A DNA stretch of 32,000 nt from Planctomycetales bacterium (GTDB lineage Bacteria; 4484-113; JAFGCY01): the NCBI GenBank assembly GCA_022646745.1, contig CP060262.1, positions 4,080,001-4,112,000 of the forward strand. Direction: 5' to 3'. The position numbers and the translations under genes were made by a program. The notes below the pieces were generated by a model. The model was not told the DNA's origin, searched no databases, and saw only the letters and a program-made list of their open reading frames with translations. This document shows positions 9,444 to 17,838 of this stretch, piece after piece (position 1 is the stretch's first letter; each line of letters begins with the position of its first letter).

Positions 9444-10517
9444 GTGGCAGACATCGGACTGACACAGGCTGAGATTGATGCCATGCTCAATGGCGGCGGG
9501 GACGAGGATATGGGCACAATGCCGGCTGCCGCGCCCGCGATGGACACCCGCGCGCTGGCGGAGCTGGAGCGTGAGCTGCTGGGAAGCATTGCCGACGTGA
9601 TGAACGCGATGACCGGTTTTGACTACCAGGTCAGCAATGTCGAGTACAGCACCCTTTCCAGCGGAGAAATCCGCGACCTGCTCGGAGATGACATTATCTT
9701 CAAATCCGCCGTTTCGGTGGATAAGCAGCCGCTGACACATTACTATGTCTATGATGCGGCGTTCGCCCGCAGCATCGCGGCTGCGCTCACGGGCGGTGAC
9801 GACGATCCCGCCGCCGAGCTCAACGAGATGCAGGAGAGCGCACTGATCGAGGTCGTGTCGCAGGCCAACGGCAGCTACATGACGATGATCAACGCCCAGC
9901 TCAAGCTGGCAACGGATGCGCAGGCGATCGAGCGCGGCAGCATCGATGCACTGTCCGGGGATGTAGTGGATGGACACCTCATCTCCACGATCACGCTGGA
10001 GAACAGCGAGGGTAACTCCGTCGTTGTGCGCCATGTGGTCAGTGGGGAACTGGCAGGCATGTTCATGAAGAAACTGAATGGAGAGGACGAGGCCCAGCAG
10101 CCGATGGCTGCGCAACCCGCCCCCCAGGCTCCGGCGGCACCGCCGGCTCAGGCGCCGCTGGCGCCACCACCTGCGTCGTCAATGCCCAACACCGGCACAA
10201 CTGAATATTCACCGGCGCAGTTCAGCCAGATCTCAGAGCAGCGCACCACGGCTGACATCAGCAACCTGGACATCCTGCTGGATGTGCCGTTGCAGGTCAC
10301 GGTCGAACTGGGCAAGACCCAGCTGCCGATCCGCACGATCCTCGAGTACAGCCAGGGCAGCCTGATCACGCTCGACAAGCTGGCAGGTGAACCGATTGAT
10401 CTGTTAGTTAACGGTAAATATTTCGCAAAAGGCGAAGTTGTCGTGATAGACGAGAATTTCGGCGTTAGAATTACTTCAATACTATCGCCGGCGGACAGGT
10501 TGGCACAGCTCAGCTGA
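9444..10517 (+). CDS. fliY: flagellar motor switch protein FliY (CheC-like domain plus FliN C-terminal domain)
   Basis: N-terminal [13 protein letters not shown]-terminal FliN/SpoA domain: [67 protein letters not shown]. The 357-aa length is FliY-like rather than the short FliN. Confidence 0.85.
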   Translation: MADIGLTQAEIDAMLNGGGDEDMGTMPAAAPAMDTRALAELERELLGSIADVMNAMTGFDYQVSNVEYSTLSSGEIRDLLGDDIIFKSAVSVDKQPLTHYYVYDAAFARSIAAALTGGDDDPAAELNEMQESALIEVVSQANGSYMTMINAQLKLATDAQAIERGSIDALSGDVVDGHLISTITLENSEGNSVVVRHVVSGELAGMFMKKLNGEDEAQQPMAAQPAPQAPAAPPAQAPLAPPPASSMPNTGTTEYSPAQFSQISEQRTTADISNLDILLDVPLQVTVELGKTQLPIRTILEYSQGSLITLDKLAGEPIDLLVNGKYFAKGEVVVIDENFGVRITSILSPADRLAQLS

Positions 10518-10557
10518 GTCTGGCAATGATATCGAGTAAGCCCGGAGGCAATAAAAA

Positions 10558-10920
10558 ATGCCAAGTGTACTGATTGTTGATGACGCGGCCTTCATGAGGA
10601 TGATGATCAAGGACATCCTCAGCAAGAATGGCCTTGAGGTTGCCGGTGAGGCCGAGAACGGCCAGGTTGCCGTCAACAAGTACAAGGAGCTCAAGCCCGA
10701 CCTGGTCACGATGGACATCACGATGCCCGAGATGGACGGCATTGCGGCACTCAAGCAGATCCTGTCCGAGGATGGCAAGGCCAAGGTCGTGATGTGCTCG
10801 GCGATGGGCCAGCAGCAGATGGTGATCGAGGCGATCCAGGCCGGAGCGAAGGACTTCATCGTCAAGCCCTTCAAGCCCGAGCGCGTGATCGAGGCCATCA
10901 CCAAGGTCATCAACAGCTAA
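10558..10920 (+). CDS. cheY: chemotaxis response regulator CheY
   Basis: Single receiver domain of 120 aa: LIVDDAAFMR, DLVTMDITMPEMDG (phospho-Asp), VMCSAMG, and DFIVKPF. GGAGG SD upstream. Confidence 0.9.
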   Translation: MPSVLIVDDAAFMRMMIKDILSKNGLEVAGEAENGQVAVNKYKELKPDLVTMDITMPEMDGIAALKQILSEDGKAKVVMCSAMGQQQMVIEAIQAGAKDFIVKPFKPERVIEAITKVINS

Positions 10921-10980
10921 TTACTTCTGGCAGCAAGAGGCTGCATATATCCGGTTGAGGAACCGGGAAGGCGGAAAGCA

Positions 10981-12375
10981 ATGGGGAGATTGCGTTTCAG
11001 CCCGCGGATGCGGGCAATCCTTGCGGCATGCGTTGCCGCACTGGCACTGGCAACCCTGCCGGGGGCACCTGCACGCGCGGAGGAAAAACCGCAGGCAAGG
11101 GAACCACAACCTGCCAATCTGCAGGATTCCATCCTTGCCGACATCCCTGAGGAACCTGTCAATCCGATGCAGGCGATCAGCGTGATGCTCGGCGGCGGCC
11201 AGCGGCCGGCGATGTCCGGCCTTCTCCCGCTGAGCCTGTTGTCAATGGATACTGATGCCGTGATCGGCACCTCACACTCGCAGTCAAGCGAGCTCGAGCT
11301 GCGCATGGAGCAGCTGCAGCTGGCCCAGCAGCGGGAACGGATCAACGCGCTCAGCACAGCCCTGGCACTCGATGACAACTTCTCAGCCGCTCGTTTCGGC
11401 AACTTCCCTGAGCCGCTGCCGCAGGTCACCGTCGCGCCAGCCATCTGCCAGGCTACCCCCGCAAAGGCCAGCTCCGGCAAGCCTGCTGCCACGAAACCGG
11501 CACAGCCTGGTAACACAAAGCAGCATCCGGTTGCCAATGGCAGTGCCGGTCCCCCTTCGTTCCGCGTTGCAGCAACAAGCGGCGACCCGCACGACCCTGA
11601 GTTCCGCCGCCAGACCATTGAGGAGCTGAACACCCTGCTGGCCAGCCTGCCGGACCCGGCTGAAGCCGGGCTGGAGGGATTGCCCGGCCAGGATGGCAAT
11701 GTCGAAATGACTGACCCGGCAGAAGCGAGCAATGAGGTGGAACCCTACGGCGCGATTGGAATGAGTGACAGTGGCTCGGGCTTCCATGGCATGCTGGACC
11801 TCAGCCATGATGAGCTGGACCAGGCGGAAACTGATGGCTACAGGGAGCCGGGTTCTGCCGTCAGCAGCTTCGGCGTGAAGATGGCGATCTTCACCGTCGG
11901 GATCCTGCTGCTGGCCAGCTTCCTGAAGGGCAAGGGCAACCCGCTGGCGCGGCTCAGCCGCCGCAGCATGAAGGTACTGGAAACAGTCAACCTCGGGCCG
12001 GGCCGCCAGATCATGGTGGTCGAGACCAGTGGCGCGAAGCTGGTGCTTGGTGTGACAGGCGGAGGGATCAACCTGCTTGATCGCATCCCCGATCAGGCCA
12101 GCGGCGAGGCTTATCGTGACAACATGGAGGACATCATCAGCCGTGAATCTCGGGCTGACGAGGACTCCTGGAAACAGCGGCCCGCACTGGACCTGCTGGA
12201 TACCGCCACCCTGCGTGGCAACTCCGGAAGCACCGGAGAAGGACGCAGCATCAGCGTGGCGCAGCTGCGCCAGGCGCGCGCGAGCGCAGTTCCACAGCCA
12301 GCCAGCCGAGTGCCGGACCGCCATGCCGAGCTGCTCAGCCGCGTGCGCACCCAGCTTGAAAGGGTCAGGGGGTAG
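10981..12375 (+). CDS. fliO: FliO/FliZ-domain flagellar export protein, unusually long
   Basis: Signal-like N-terminus (AILAACVAALALATLPGAPARA) followed by a long Pro/Ala/Gln-rich region. A TM helix (MAIFTVGILLLASFL) is followed by the FliO core: MKVLETVNLGPGRQIMVVETSGAKLVLGVTGGGINLL. The position between cheY and fliP also fits. Confidence 0.7.
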   Translation: MGRLRFSPRMRAILAACVAALALATLPGAPARAEEKPQAREPQPANLQDSILADIPEEPVNPMQAISVMLGGGQRPAMSGLLPLSLLSMDTDAVIGTSHSQSSELELRMEQLQLAQQRERINALSTALALDDNFSAARFGNFPEPLPQVTVAPAICQATPAKASSGKPAATKPAQPGNTKQHPVANGSAGPPSFRVAATSGDPHDPEFRRQTIEELNTLLASLPDPAEAGLEGLPGQDGNVEMTDPAEASNEVEPYGAIGMSDSGSGFHGMLDLSHDELDQAETDGYREPGSAVSSFGVKMAIFTVGILLLASFLKGKGNPLARLSRRSMKVLETVNLGPGRQIMVVETSGAKLVLGVTGGGINLLDRIPDQASGEAYRDNMEDIISRESRADEDSWKQRPALDLLDTATLRGNSGSTGEGRSISVAQLRQARASAVPQPASRVPDRHAELLSRVRTQLERVRG

Positions 12376-12378
12376 GCG

Positions 12379-13230
12379 ATGCTGGCAACACTGAAGCTAA
12401 AGCTTGCGATCCTGATCCGCCGCACAGGCACTCCCCTGCTCTGCCTGGCCTGCCTGCTGGCATTGGCGGCCCCTGCCTTCGCGCAGGAGCCGGAGAGCGC
12501 GCCAGCACCTGAGAACGGCCTGAGCGTAAGCGCCGGCGACCTGAATGTGACCGTCAACAGCGGTGATGGCGATGCGGCCAGCATCTTCAAGATCATCGCG
12601 CTGTTCACCCTGATGACGGTGGCCCCGACCCTGATCCTGATGGTGACACCGTTCACGCGTGTGATCATTGTGCTCAGCCTGCTGCGCAATGCGCTTGGCA
12701 CCCAGCAGAGCCCGCCCAACCAGGTGCTGATCGGCCTTGCTGTCGTGATTTCCGCATTCATCATGATGCCGCGCCTGGCGGTGATGAATGACGAGGTGAT
12801 CAAGCCCTACAACGCGGACGAGATTTCACTCGATGAAGCGCTGGCACTGGGCACCTCGCACCTGCAGGAATTCATGTACCCCAATACGCGCACTCCGCAC
12901 AAGCGCCTGTTCGCCCGACTGGCACGTATCGACTCCGATGAAATCCGGCTGGACTCACCGGACAACGTGCATGCCCTGCCGCTGCATGTGCTGCTGCCGG
13001 CCTTCATCATCAGTGAGCTGACAACTGCATTCCAGCTCGGCTTCGTGATCTACCTGCCCTTCCTGGTGGTGGACATGGTGGTGGCCTCGATCCTGATGAG
13101 CATGGGCATGATGATGCTGCCACCGGTGCTGATCTCGCTGCCCTTCAAGCTCTTGATGTTCATCATGGCCAACGGCTGGGCTGCGATCATCGAGGGCCTC
13201 GTCTCCAGCTACTGGGTCAGCCCAGGCTGA
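12379..13230 (+). CDS. fliP: flagellar type III export apparatus protein FliP
   Basis: LFTLMTVAPTLILMVTPFTRVIIVLSLLRNALGTQQSPPNQVLIGLA is the FliP signature. C-terminal PFKLLMFIMANGW is also present. Confidence 0.9.
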   Translation: MLATLKLKLAILIRRTGTPLLCLACLLALAAPAFAQEPESAPAPENGLSVSAGDLNVTVNSGDGDAASIFKIIALFTLMTVAPTLILMVTPFTRVIIVLSLLRNALGTQQSPPNQVLIGLAVVISAFIMMPRLAVMNDEVIKPYNADEISLDEALALGTSHLQEFMYPNTRTPHKRLFARLARIDSDEIRLDSPDNVHALPLHVLLPAFIISELTTAFQLGFVIYLPFLVVDMVVASILMSMGMMMLPPVLISLPFKLLMFIMANGWAAIIEGLVSSYWVSPG

Positions 13231-13235
13231 AGGTG

Positions 13236-13281
13236 GCCGGATGTGAGTCCGGCAAGGGAAGCCAAGCTGTAAGCTTGGCAA
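13236..13281. repeat. REP-like hairpin pair immediately 3' of fliP
   Basis: First hairpin: GCCGGA-tgtgag-TCCGGC. Second hairpin: CCAAGCT-gta-AGCTTGG followed by CAA. The second is identical to hairpin 1 of the element at 29029-29078. Confidence 0.7.
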
Positions 13282-13510
13282 CGGAGGTCAGTCGCAAGTC
13301 TGGCAACAGGCCCTGCGCCATGCTCTGGCAGCTCGGCCTGCAAGCAATGAGCAATGAAGATTGAGCAATGAGCCTGTCAGGTGAATCGGAAGCCTGGCTC
13401 ACTCCTCATTGCTCAGCACTCACTGCTATCGGGGTGCTGCATCCCGCGATGCAGGATGCTGCCGGGACATCATCACGTCATTCACAGTACTTGCTTCCCT
13501 TTCGCAACAT

Positions 13511-13547
13511 GAAAAACCCGGACCACCATCGCTGGCAATCCGGGTTT
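13511..13547 (-). terminator. rho-independent terminator of the Rieske/cyt b/octahaem operon
   Basis: On the minus strand, a 9-bp stem (AAACCCGGA / TCCGGGTTT, 13513-13521 and 13539-13547) is followed by a T-run (complement of aaaaa 13511-13515). It lies about 30 nt downstream of the stop at 13578. Confidence 0.7.
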
Positions 13548-13577
13548 GTTCCAATCGGGAGTGTTGCTCAATCAGTT

Positions 13578-15212
13578 TTACTTGGTGCCGTAGCGTTCCT
13601 CCATCGCCTTGCGGATCCGCTCACTGGCATCCGCCGCACCTTCCACGAACCAGCTGTGTTCGGGGCGGGCCAGCACTTCATCAATCGTCGCATCCACCGC
13701 ATCGGCCGCCGCAGTGTTGCCATCATGGCGGGCCTGTTCAGCCAGCTCGCGGGCCTGCGGAACCAGCTCCATGTAGAAGCGTTCCGCCACCTCATACATG
13801 CCGTGCCAGTGGGTGTAGTCCGGCGCCATCATGCTTGCACCATGGCGGGCGCGGCGGCCCTCATGGTGCCAGAGGTAGAACCATGTCCACTCGATTTCCT
13901 CATCGAACTGAGTCGGGGACACCAGTCCGTTGTCACTGAGGGACTTCATGATCGTCGTACCCGGCTTGGCAAACTTCTCGTTGTAGAGGATCACTAGGTT
14001 GTCATACTGGTCATAGAACTTGTTCACGTAGTCCGGGCTGTGGCAGTGGCTGCACACCAGCTTCATGCGGCTGCGCTTGGCATCCGCGGTATCCGCAATC
14101 TTCTCCTGGCGGGCCTGCGGGTCAGTCTCTGTGACGATCTTGTGGTCGGCATCAGTGTCCATGCGCACGGACACCGGCGGGCGGTTGGTCCAGGAGATGC
14201 GCTCGCCCGGGTCATGCGTGACCTCGCCGCCATTGCGGGAGTTGCCAGACATGTGGCAGGTGGCGCAGGTCGGGGCCGCGGAGTAGTCCACCCCAAGCAC
14301 CCATTTCTCCGCATCCAGGTTCATCTCATCCTTCAGGTCGCGGAAGGCCACGCCATGCTTGCTTTCGTTGTAGATCTCCTCCTGCGGGTGGTCCGGGCCG
14401 AGGTGGCACTTGCCGCAGTTCTCCGGCTGCCGCGCGCGGCGCGGGCTGAAGTCATGGCGGCTGTGGCAGGCGGAGCAGGAACCGCGGGAACCGTCGAGGT
14501 TCAGGCGGCCGATGCCGGTGTTGGGCCAGGTCTGCGGGTCAAGCTCAGGCTTGCCCTTCGGGTCGCGCTTGACCATTGCCAGCACCGTCTGGTCCGTCGG
14601 CATGCCCTTCTCGTCAGGCTTCAGCTGCTCGAAGGTGATGATGCTGCCGTCGGTGCCGACCAGGCCGACCTTGCCGCCGTGGCACTGCTGGCAGCCCGAG
14701 TTGGCACTGGCCATGCCGCGCACGCTGGCAACGTCCATGCCGGGTGTTGGGCTGTGGGGGTTGAACTCCATCCGCGCACCTTCCACCGTCTCAGCGAGGA
14801 AGTTGTCAAGCGAGGCGAGGATGTTCCCGGCGGAGCTGTGGTGGCTCTTCTGGAACTGCTGGCTCTCCTTCGGATGGCACTTCGAGCAGTCCATCGGTGT
14901 GACGACCGTGGCAATCAGCTGGCCATAGTGGTCAAAGGCGTCCGCCTCACCCTGCTTGGCCTCATGGCACTCGTAGCAGGCCACACCCTTCTCGGCATGC
15001 GTGCTGCCCGTCCAGTGCGACACGATGCCGGGGGTCTCCTTGGTGTGGCATTCGACGCACTTGCTGGACGAAGCCGGAGAGGAGATGTGCTTCGGCGCCT
15101 GGCCGGTCTCGACCCGGCGCCGGCTGACCTCCATCGCCTGCACCAGCAGCAGCGACACCAGGAAGATGAATCCCAGCACCGCGATCACGATCTGTTTCAT
15201 GTTCAAAGACAT
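13578..15212 (-). CDS. octahaem c-type cytochrome, hydroxylamine oxidoreductase (HAO) family
   Basis: Eight CxxCH motifs: CVECH, CYECH, CSKCH, CQQCH, CSACH, CGKCH, CATCH, CSHCH. HAO-like C-terminal region: WFYLWHHEGRRARHGASMMAPDYTHWHGMYE. N-terminal signal/anchor: MKQIVIAVLGFIFLVSLLLV. AAGGAG SD favours the ATG at 15212, with 15218 as the alternative. Confidence 0.8.
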   Translation of the reverse strand: MSLNMKQIVIAVLGFIFLVSLLLVQAMEVSRRRVETGQAPKHISSPASSSKCVECHTKETPGIVSHWTGSTHAEKGVACYECHEAKQGEADAFDHYGQLIATVVTPMDCSKCHPKESQQFQKSHHSSAGNILASLDNFLAETVEGARMEFNPHSPTPGMDVASVRGMASANSGCQQCHGGKVGLVGTDGSIITFEQLKPDEKGMPTDQTVLAMVKRDPKGKPELDPQTWPNTGIGRLNLDGSRGSCSACHSRHDFSPRRARQPENCGKCHLGPDHPQEEIYNESKHGVAFRDLKDEMNLDAEKWVLGVDYSAAPTCATCHMSGNSRNGGEVTHDPGERISWTNRPPVSVRMDTDADHKIVTETDPQARQEKIADTADAKRSRMKLVCSHCHSPDYVNKFYDQYDNLVILYNEKFAKPGTTIMKSLSDNGLVSPTQFDEEIEWTWFYLWHHEGRRARHGASMMAPDYTHWHGMYEVAERFYMELVPQARELAEQARHDGNTAAADAVDATIDEVLARPEHSWFVEGAADASERIRKAMEERYGTK

Positions 15213-15231
15213 TGCCATCTCCTTGGCCCGC

Positions 15232-16281
15232 CTAGTGGGCGACGAGCGCTTCCCAGACAGTCAGCCCGACGATTGCCAGTACTGCGAGGATCCCGATGAA
15301 TACGCTGGCTTCACTGCCAGGCCGGCGGCGGCGGATCGCGCCGTCAATCCATGGCCAGGCGAACATCAGGAACACGATTGCCCCGGTCGACATGATCGCC
15401 ACGCGCTCCGGGAACAGCTTCAGCCAGCGGAACACCACGTAGAAGTACCACTCCGGCTTGATCACTTCCGGCGTTGTCAGCGGGTCGGCGCGGTGGCCCA
15501 TCTCCGCCGGCAGCACCGTTGCCAGCACGGTCAGCAGGATCACCAGCGTGGTGCCGATGATGATTTCGGTGTAGAGGTGGTCCGGCAGGAAGTTGAAGGT
15601 CTTCCGCTCCTGCCGCTTTTCCTCCTCGCCCTCCAGCTCGGTCACACCCTGGATGCGGATCAGCACTATGTGCAGCGCGAACACCGCGAGGATCGCCATC
15701 GGCAGCGCCGCGCCGTGCAGGATGAAGAAGCGGCTGAGCGTATGGGAGTTGTAGCTGTCCCCGGCCAGCAGCATCTTCTTCATCACGCCGCCGACCAGCG
15801 GTACGTTGTCAGCGATGTTGGCACCGACGGTTGCCCCCCAGTAGCTGAGCTGCTCATACACCAGGCTGTAGCCTGTGAAGCCGCAGATCACCGTCAGGAA
15901 CAGCAAGAGCATGCCCACCACCCAGCTCATCTCACGCGGCTTGCGGTAGGCCCCGGTGAAGTACACGCGCATCTGGTGCAGCACTACGGCGGCGATCATC
16001 AGGATCGCGCCCCACTTGTGCACACTGCGGATGTACCAGCCGTAGGCCACCTCGTCAGTGATGTAGGCCACGCTGTCCCAGGCATCCGCCGGGCTGGCCT
16101 GGTAGTAAAAGGCCAGCAGGATGCCGGTGAACAGCTGCACGAAGAACAGGTAGGCCGCGGTGCCGCCGAGGCAGAACCACCAGCGTTTCAGGTGGTTCGG
16201 CACGGGTTCGTTCGTCAATTCGCGGATCTGATCCCCGGTGACGGGGATGCGGTCGGTCCACCAGCGCTGCAGTGCATTCAC
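15232..16281 (-). CDS. cytochrome b (fused b6 plus subunit-IV-like) of a Rieske/cyt b complex
   Basis: The GTG at 16281 lies 1 nt after the Rieske stop. The track's longer N-terminal extension overlaps the Rieske gene. Helix B His pair has 13-residue spacing (HKWGAILMIAAVVLH), and helix D pair has 14-residue spacing (HGAALPMAILAVFALH, b6-type). PEWYFY motif in the C-terminal part. Confidence 0.85.
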   Translation of the reverse strand: MNALQRWWTDRIPVTGDQIRELTNEPVPNHLKRWWFCLGGTAAYLFFVQLFTGILLAFYYQASPADAWDSVAYITDEVAYGWYIRSVHKWGAILMIAAVVLHQMRVYFTGAYRKPREMSWVVGMLLLFLTVICGFTGYSLVYEQLSYWGATVGANIADNVPLVGGVMKKMLLAGDSYNSHTLSRFFILHGAALPMAILAVFALHIVLIRIQGVTELEGEEEKRQERKTFNFLPDHLYTEIIIGTTLVILLTVLATVLPAEMGHRADPLTTPEVIKPEWYFYVVFRWLKLFPERVAIMSTGAIVFLMFAWPWIDGAIRRRRPGSEASVFIGILAVLAIVGLTVWEALVAH

Positions 16282-16282
16282 C

Positions 16283-16822
16283 TCAGGCCTCCTGTGAGCC
16301 GCCGCCTGGCAGCTTCTCCATCGGCACGAGGATGTACAGCAGGCCGTCCTCAACCTTGAGCGGGAAGCGCGGCAGGCTCTGTCCGGCCTCCCCGGGAGGG
16401 CCACCGATGCCCTTGCCGCTCGGGTCGAATACGCCGTTGTGGCAGGGGCAGAAGTAGCGGTCGTTGTGTGCTTCCCAGTGCACCTGGCAGCCGAGGTGCG
16501 GGCAGGTGCTGGATAGCGCGATGAAGTCCGTCGCTTCCCCGCTCTCAGCCTGGCGTGTGATGGTCACCTTGTCACCGCGCGGGGCCCGGTAGGCCAGTGA
16601 ATCGCCCTTCAGGAAGCTGGCCACTGCAGCCACGAACTGCCATTCCTGCTCAGCGGGGTTTGCCGGGTAGAGGAATTCGACGGCCATCGAAGCAAAGCGG
16701 CCATAGCCTGCCAGCAATGCCGCCAGCATGGCCAGGCCACTGGCCTGGCGAAGGAATCCCCGCCGTGATCCTTCCTCAGGAACACCTGACGGAACTGATT
16801 GCTCGTCCTCATGGGCTGCCAT
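16283..16822 (-). CDS. Rieske 2Fe-2S subunit with twin-arginine signal
   Basis: Tat motif SRRGFLRQ. Rieske boxes CPHLGC and CPCHNGVF. Confidence 0.9.
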   Translation of the reverse strand: MAAHEDEQSVPSGVPEEGSRRGFLRQASGLAMLAALLAGYGRFASMAVEFLYPANPAEQEWQFVAAVASFLKGDSLAYRAPRGDKVTITRQAESGEATDFIALSSTCPHLGCQVHWEAHNDRYFCPCHNGVFDPSGKGIGGPPGEAGQSLPRFPLKVEDGLLYILVPMEKLPGGGSQEA

Positions 16823-17106
16823 AATGTGGATAGTTTACGTCCATTATCTTTATTTGTAAAGAGATTCACGATATAAAATATCTGCGATTTCTAAAATCTG
16901 ATTCACACAGTATCCCTTGTATTAACGGGGAGTAATGCTGATTGTTCCAATTGAATTGTTCTGATAGGTCTTATCGCAGTTACTGGCTATCCCAAAAACC
17001 GACTTTCATCTGGTGGAAGTTCTGTGGATTCCTGTGGATAGGTTTCCACGCGTGAAATCTGTTGTGATAGAATGTGCTATCTCAGGGTTGAGATAAGGGT
17101 TGAGAT
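16823..17106. promoter_or_regulatory. AT-rich divergent intergenic control region
   Basis: 284 bp, visibly far more AT-rich than the flanks. Contains direct repeats GATTCAC (16863, 16900), TGTGGAT (17023, 17033) and GGGTTGAGATA (17085, 17097). Also contains the inverted repeat TATCTCA/TGAGATA (17079-17095) and a TAGAAT -10-like hexamer at 17068-17073. Confidence 0.5.
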
Positions 17107-17823
17107 ATGAGCTATCAAAGGGGTATTGCGCTCGCAGTCCTGCTGGCGCTGTCCGTCCTGTTATGCAGCGCGGGCGAGAAGCCGCCGGCTGAGTTCATCA
17201 GCAGCGGCACTTTCAACGGTGGCACATCCAGGGGCGGCATGCTGCTCGAGGGCGTGCGCTTCGGACGCCAGGGCAACGCCACAAGAATGGTGCTGGATCT
17301 GGCGAAGTCCGACGGCTCCGCTGCCGATAAACATCCCGTATACAGCGTGGAGTACCGGGAATTCCCCTACCGGCTGGTCATCCGGCTGGAAGGTGTGAGT
17401 TTCAGCGACAAGACTAAGGTACAGAGCTCACCGGCCCTGCCCTTCAGTGTGGTCACCCCGCCGGATGGATCCATCAAGGAGCTGCAGGTCTTCCTGAGCG
17501 GCCCGTCCGAGTTCAAGGTGATCGAGATCGATGACCCCGCCAAGCTGTCCATTGATGTACGTCCGCTCAAGTCGGACATACCCAATATCTACTCGGTGCA
17601 GCTCACCGGACCGGCCAACGCCGCCGAGGCCTATGCCCTGATCGAACAGGGCAGCTTCCCCGACGGCTTCCTGCCGGATGCCGTGGTGATGGGCAACGTG
17701 GTGGTGGTGGAGCAGACCTTCACCTCCGCCAGCGAGGCCGCCCGGATGGACCGGATGCTGCAGGAAATGGGGTATACATGTATCATCAATGAACGCAGGG
17801 GCAACGAACTCCCGCAAGTCTGA
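17107..17823 (+). CDS. secreted/envelope protein with AMIN-like domain and C-terminal SPOR-like domain
   Basis: Signal peptide (IALAVLLALSVLLCSAG). AMIN-like ATRMVLDLAKS...YRLVIRLEGVSF. C-terminal YSVQLTGPANAAEAYALIEQ...VVVVEQTFTSASEAARMDRMLQEMGY resembles the SPOR fold pattern. Domain calls come from motif memory. Confidence 0.5.
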   Translation: MSYQRGIALAVLLALSVLLCSAGEKPPAEFISSGTFNGGTSRGGMLLEGVRFGRQGNATRMVLDLAKSDGSAADKHPVYSVEYREFPYRLVIRLEGVSFSDKTKVQSSPALPFSVVTPPDGSIKELQVFLSGPSEFKVIEIDDPAKLSIDVRPLKSDIPNIYSVQLTGPANAAEAYALIEQGSFPDGFLPDAVVMGNVVVVEQTFTSASEAARMDRMLQEMGYTCIINERRGNELPQV

Positions 17824-17838
17824 TACCGGGAGGCGGAC

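Noticed and set aside
13231-13577. Search for a missed fliQ gene downstream of fliP.
   Set aside because: No frame gives a hydrophobic ORF of about 89 aa. The listed ORFs (13217-13402 minus, 13368-13997 plus) are hydrophilic or Arg-rich and overlap hairpin repeats or the HAO gene antisense strand.
16823-16900. A specific sigma-70 promoter for the Rieske operon (TTTACA and GATAAT on the minus strand).
   Set aside because: The two hexamers are only about 6 nt apart, so they cannot form one promoter. I report only the AT-rich region as regulatory.
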